From the NCBI GenBank assembly GCA_003252295.1, contig QKEV01000015.1, positions 24,242-88,241 on the forward strand: a stretch of 64,000 bases of DNA. The letters are read 5' to 3'. The notes under the pieces are model-generated. The model was not told where the DNA came from and did not search any database. It saw nothing but the letters and a program-made list of their open reading frames with translations. The stretch is from a bacterium. Its GTDB lineage: Bacteria; Patescibacteriota; Minisyncoccia; Phycocordibacterales; UBA12088. Position numbers and translations under genes: made by a program. Shown here piece by piece: positions 62,860-64,000 of the stretch. Position 1 is the first letter of the stretch. The number at the start of each line of letters is the position of its first letter.

Positions 62860-63969
62860 CTAGTCTTCAAGTTCTATTTCAACTTCGTTTGAGTAGGTGC
62901 CACACTCAGTACCGCCAATGTACTCACAGACGCGTACGTAGTAGGTACCAGCACCATCAAACGCATCAAGGATAGCATCATCTCTTGAGCTGCTGTCATA
63001 TGAGAGGAGTTCATCACTATCTCGTGTTGGATAGGTTGGGTTTTCGTCCATAGACCAGACCACCTTGAATCCTTTTTTCGCGGTTCCATCGGTTTCCCAT
63101 TCAACCTCATTGTTGCTGTTCCCTACTTCAAGATCGATTGCATCAACGTAAGAAGTGTATTCTGATTCAAGTTCTATTTCAACTTCGTTTGAGTAAGCAC
63201 CACATTTGCTGCTGCCAAGATTTTCACAAACTCGTACGTAGTAAGTGCCTGGACCATCAAAAGCGTAGAGGGTTCTTCCACCACCATCTTTGCTGTAGCT
63301 AAGTAGTGACTTGTCGCCGTCACGTGTTGGATAGGTTGGGTTTTCGTCCATAGACCAGACCACCCTAAACCCCTTTTTAGAAGGTTCACTAGATTCCCAA
63401 GTGATGGTTGCTTCATCCTCATCTTCTACCTGAAGGGTGATTTCGATAGAATCCTCATTTGTATCCTCATCTGCGTCTTCATTGTCATCAGTCTCTTCCT
63501 CATCGTCACTCTTGTTGAGCTGTTCACGTTTTTGCTCCTGTTCTTGCTTTCTAAGTGCTATACAGTTGTGATACTGCTCTTGCATCATTGATCGAGTTTG
63601 TGGACCAACGATACCTACCTGATCAATACCATATTTCTCCTGGTATCGCTTAACCGCCTTTTCAGTGAGAGGACCAAAGTATCCTGTGATCTGCCCCTCA
63701 GGGTAAATACTTAGGTCAGACGCAAGGAATTCCTGAAGTTGTGTTACTTCGTCACCTTGTGATCCGAGTTGCAAAGCATTTTTAAATTGTCCGTATGCGC
63801 AAAGGTTGCCTGTTTCGGTATCACTTGATGTGTCCTCTCCATCCTCATCTTCTTCTTGACCAGCTGCGTACTCACGAGCCAAATCAGCTTTATCTTCTGG
63901 GATAATGTTGAGTGCAACGAGCATTTCAATGAGGCTCGAAATATTCACCGTGTCTGCCCTCGCCTGCAC
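62860..63969 (-). CDS. peptidoglycan-binding (PG_binding_1-like) protein with two tandem roughly 95-aa repeats; N-terminus may extend beyond the window
   Basis: …LQEFLASDLSIYPEGQITGYFGPLTEKAVKRYQ… PG-binding motif. An acidic linker. Two repeats (KKGF[RK]VVWSMDENPTYPTRD…YYVRVCE…CG.YSNEVEIELE). Listed start is GTG; the frame continues open to the window edge. Confidence 0.6.
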   Translation of the reverse strand: MQARADTVNISSLIEMLVALNIIPEDKADLAREYAAGQEEDEDGEDTSSDTETGNLCAYGQFKNALQLGSQGDEVTQLQEFLASDLSIYPEGQITGYFGPLTEKAVKRYQEKYGIDQVGIVGPQTRSMMQEQYHNCIALRKQEQEQKREQLNKSDDEEETDDNEDADEDTNEDSIEITLQVEDEDEATITWESSEPSKKGFRVVWSMDENPTYPTRDGDKSLLSYSKDGGGRTLYAFDGPGTYYVRVCENLGSSKCGAYSNEVEIELESEYTSYVDAIDLEVGNSNNEVEWETDGTAKKGFKVVWSMDENPTYPTRDSDELLSYDSSSRDDAILDAFDGAGTYYVRVCEYIGGTECGTYSNEVEIELED

Positions 63970-64000
63970 GGCACTTGGCTGAAGTGCGTACGTACACGCA

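Overview
The window reads as a 64-kb stretch of a small, low-GC bacterial genome with features typical of Patescibacteria/CPR-like organisms. Supporting signs are an archaeal-type SAM synthetase, a PriA with a degenerate ATPase, a minimal mraY-ftsW-murG cell-wall block, many small secreted proteins, frequent non-ATG starts and weak SD sites. This lineage call is an inference from gene content alone.

Layout:
- 1-4.3 kb: a conserved ribosomal/RNAP block (infA-rpmJ-rpsM-rpsK-rpsD-rpoA-rplQ-rplM-rpsI) ending in a terminator.
- 4.4-11.7 kb: cell-envelope genes (VanY-like M15 peptidase, lipoprotein, mraY, ftsW, murG, a 129-aa GluRS-like fragment, coiled-coil M23 peptidase, DUF3467).
- 12-37.5 kb: housekeeping genes interspersed with hypotheticals (Xer recombinase, a/b hydrolase, MTH1-like NUDIX, ROK kinase, pgi, LOG, rhodanese, DEDDh exonuclease, rpmA, rplI, S41 protease, corA, cysS, CPA1 antiporter, a soluble 922-aa TraD/VirD4-like ATPase, mreB, murA, degenerate priA, def, fmt, hpf, DUF167, PEBP).
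- 37.5-40.5 kb: small secreted proteins and lipoproteins leading up to a tRNA-Asn(GTT) at 40791-40863.
- 40.8-49.5 kb: an accessory island immediately 3' of the tRNA, described below.
- 49.5-64 kb: lemA-TPM pair, a surface-glycan operon (membrane protein, phosphodiester glycosidase, GT2-GtrA fusion), several mini-ORFs, glgC, a secreted PKD/FN3 metzincin, rsgA and a PG-binding repeat protein.

The tRNA-Asn island is the most interesting region:
- At least eight degenerate copies of the tRNA 3' end (GCGGAGCAA-like) each sit in front of a small gene cassette.
- A 49-bp near-perfect direct repeat brackets a 5-kb segment.
- A reused promoter/operator module (TTGACA-N17-TATTGT around a 9-bp-arm palindrome, plus an upstream AGTTCnGAACT palindrome) drives several cassettes.
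- The cargo includes a GNAT acetyltransferase, a transglutaminase-like mini-protein, a Cys/Asp-rich 55-aa peptide coupled to a 42-aa acidic ORF, an HExxH protein, and a truncated AlaRS catalytic-core paralog overlapping a peptidase-E/cyanophycinase-like (S51) gene.

No CRISPR array, rRNA or recognisable IS element was seen. All calls come from reading the translations and sequence; no database search could be run.
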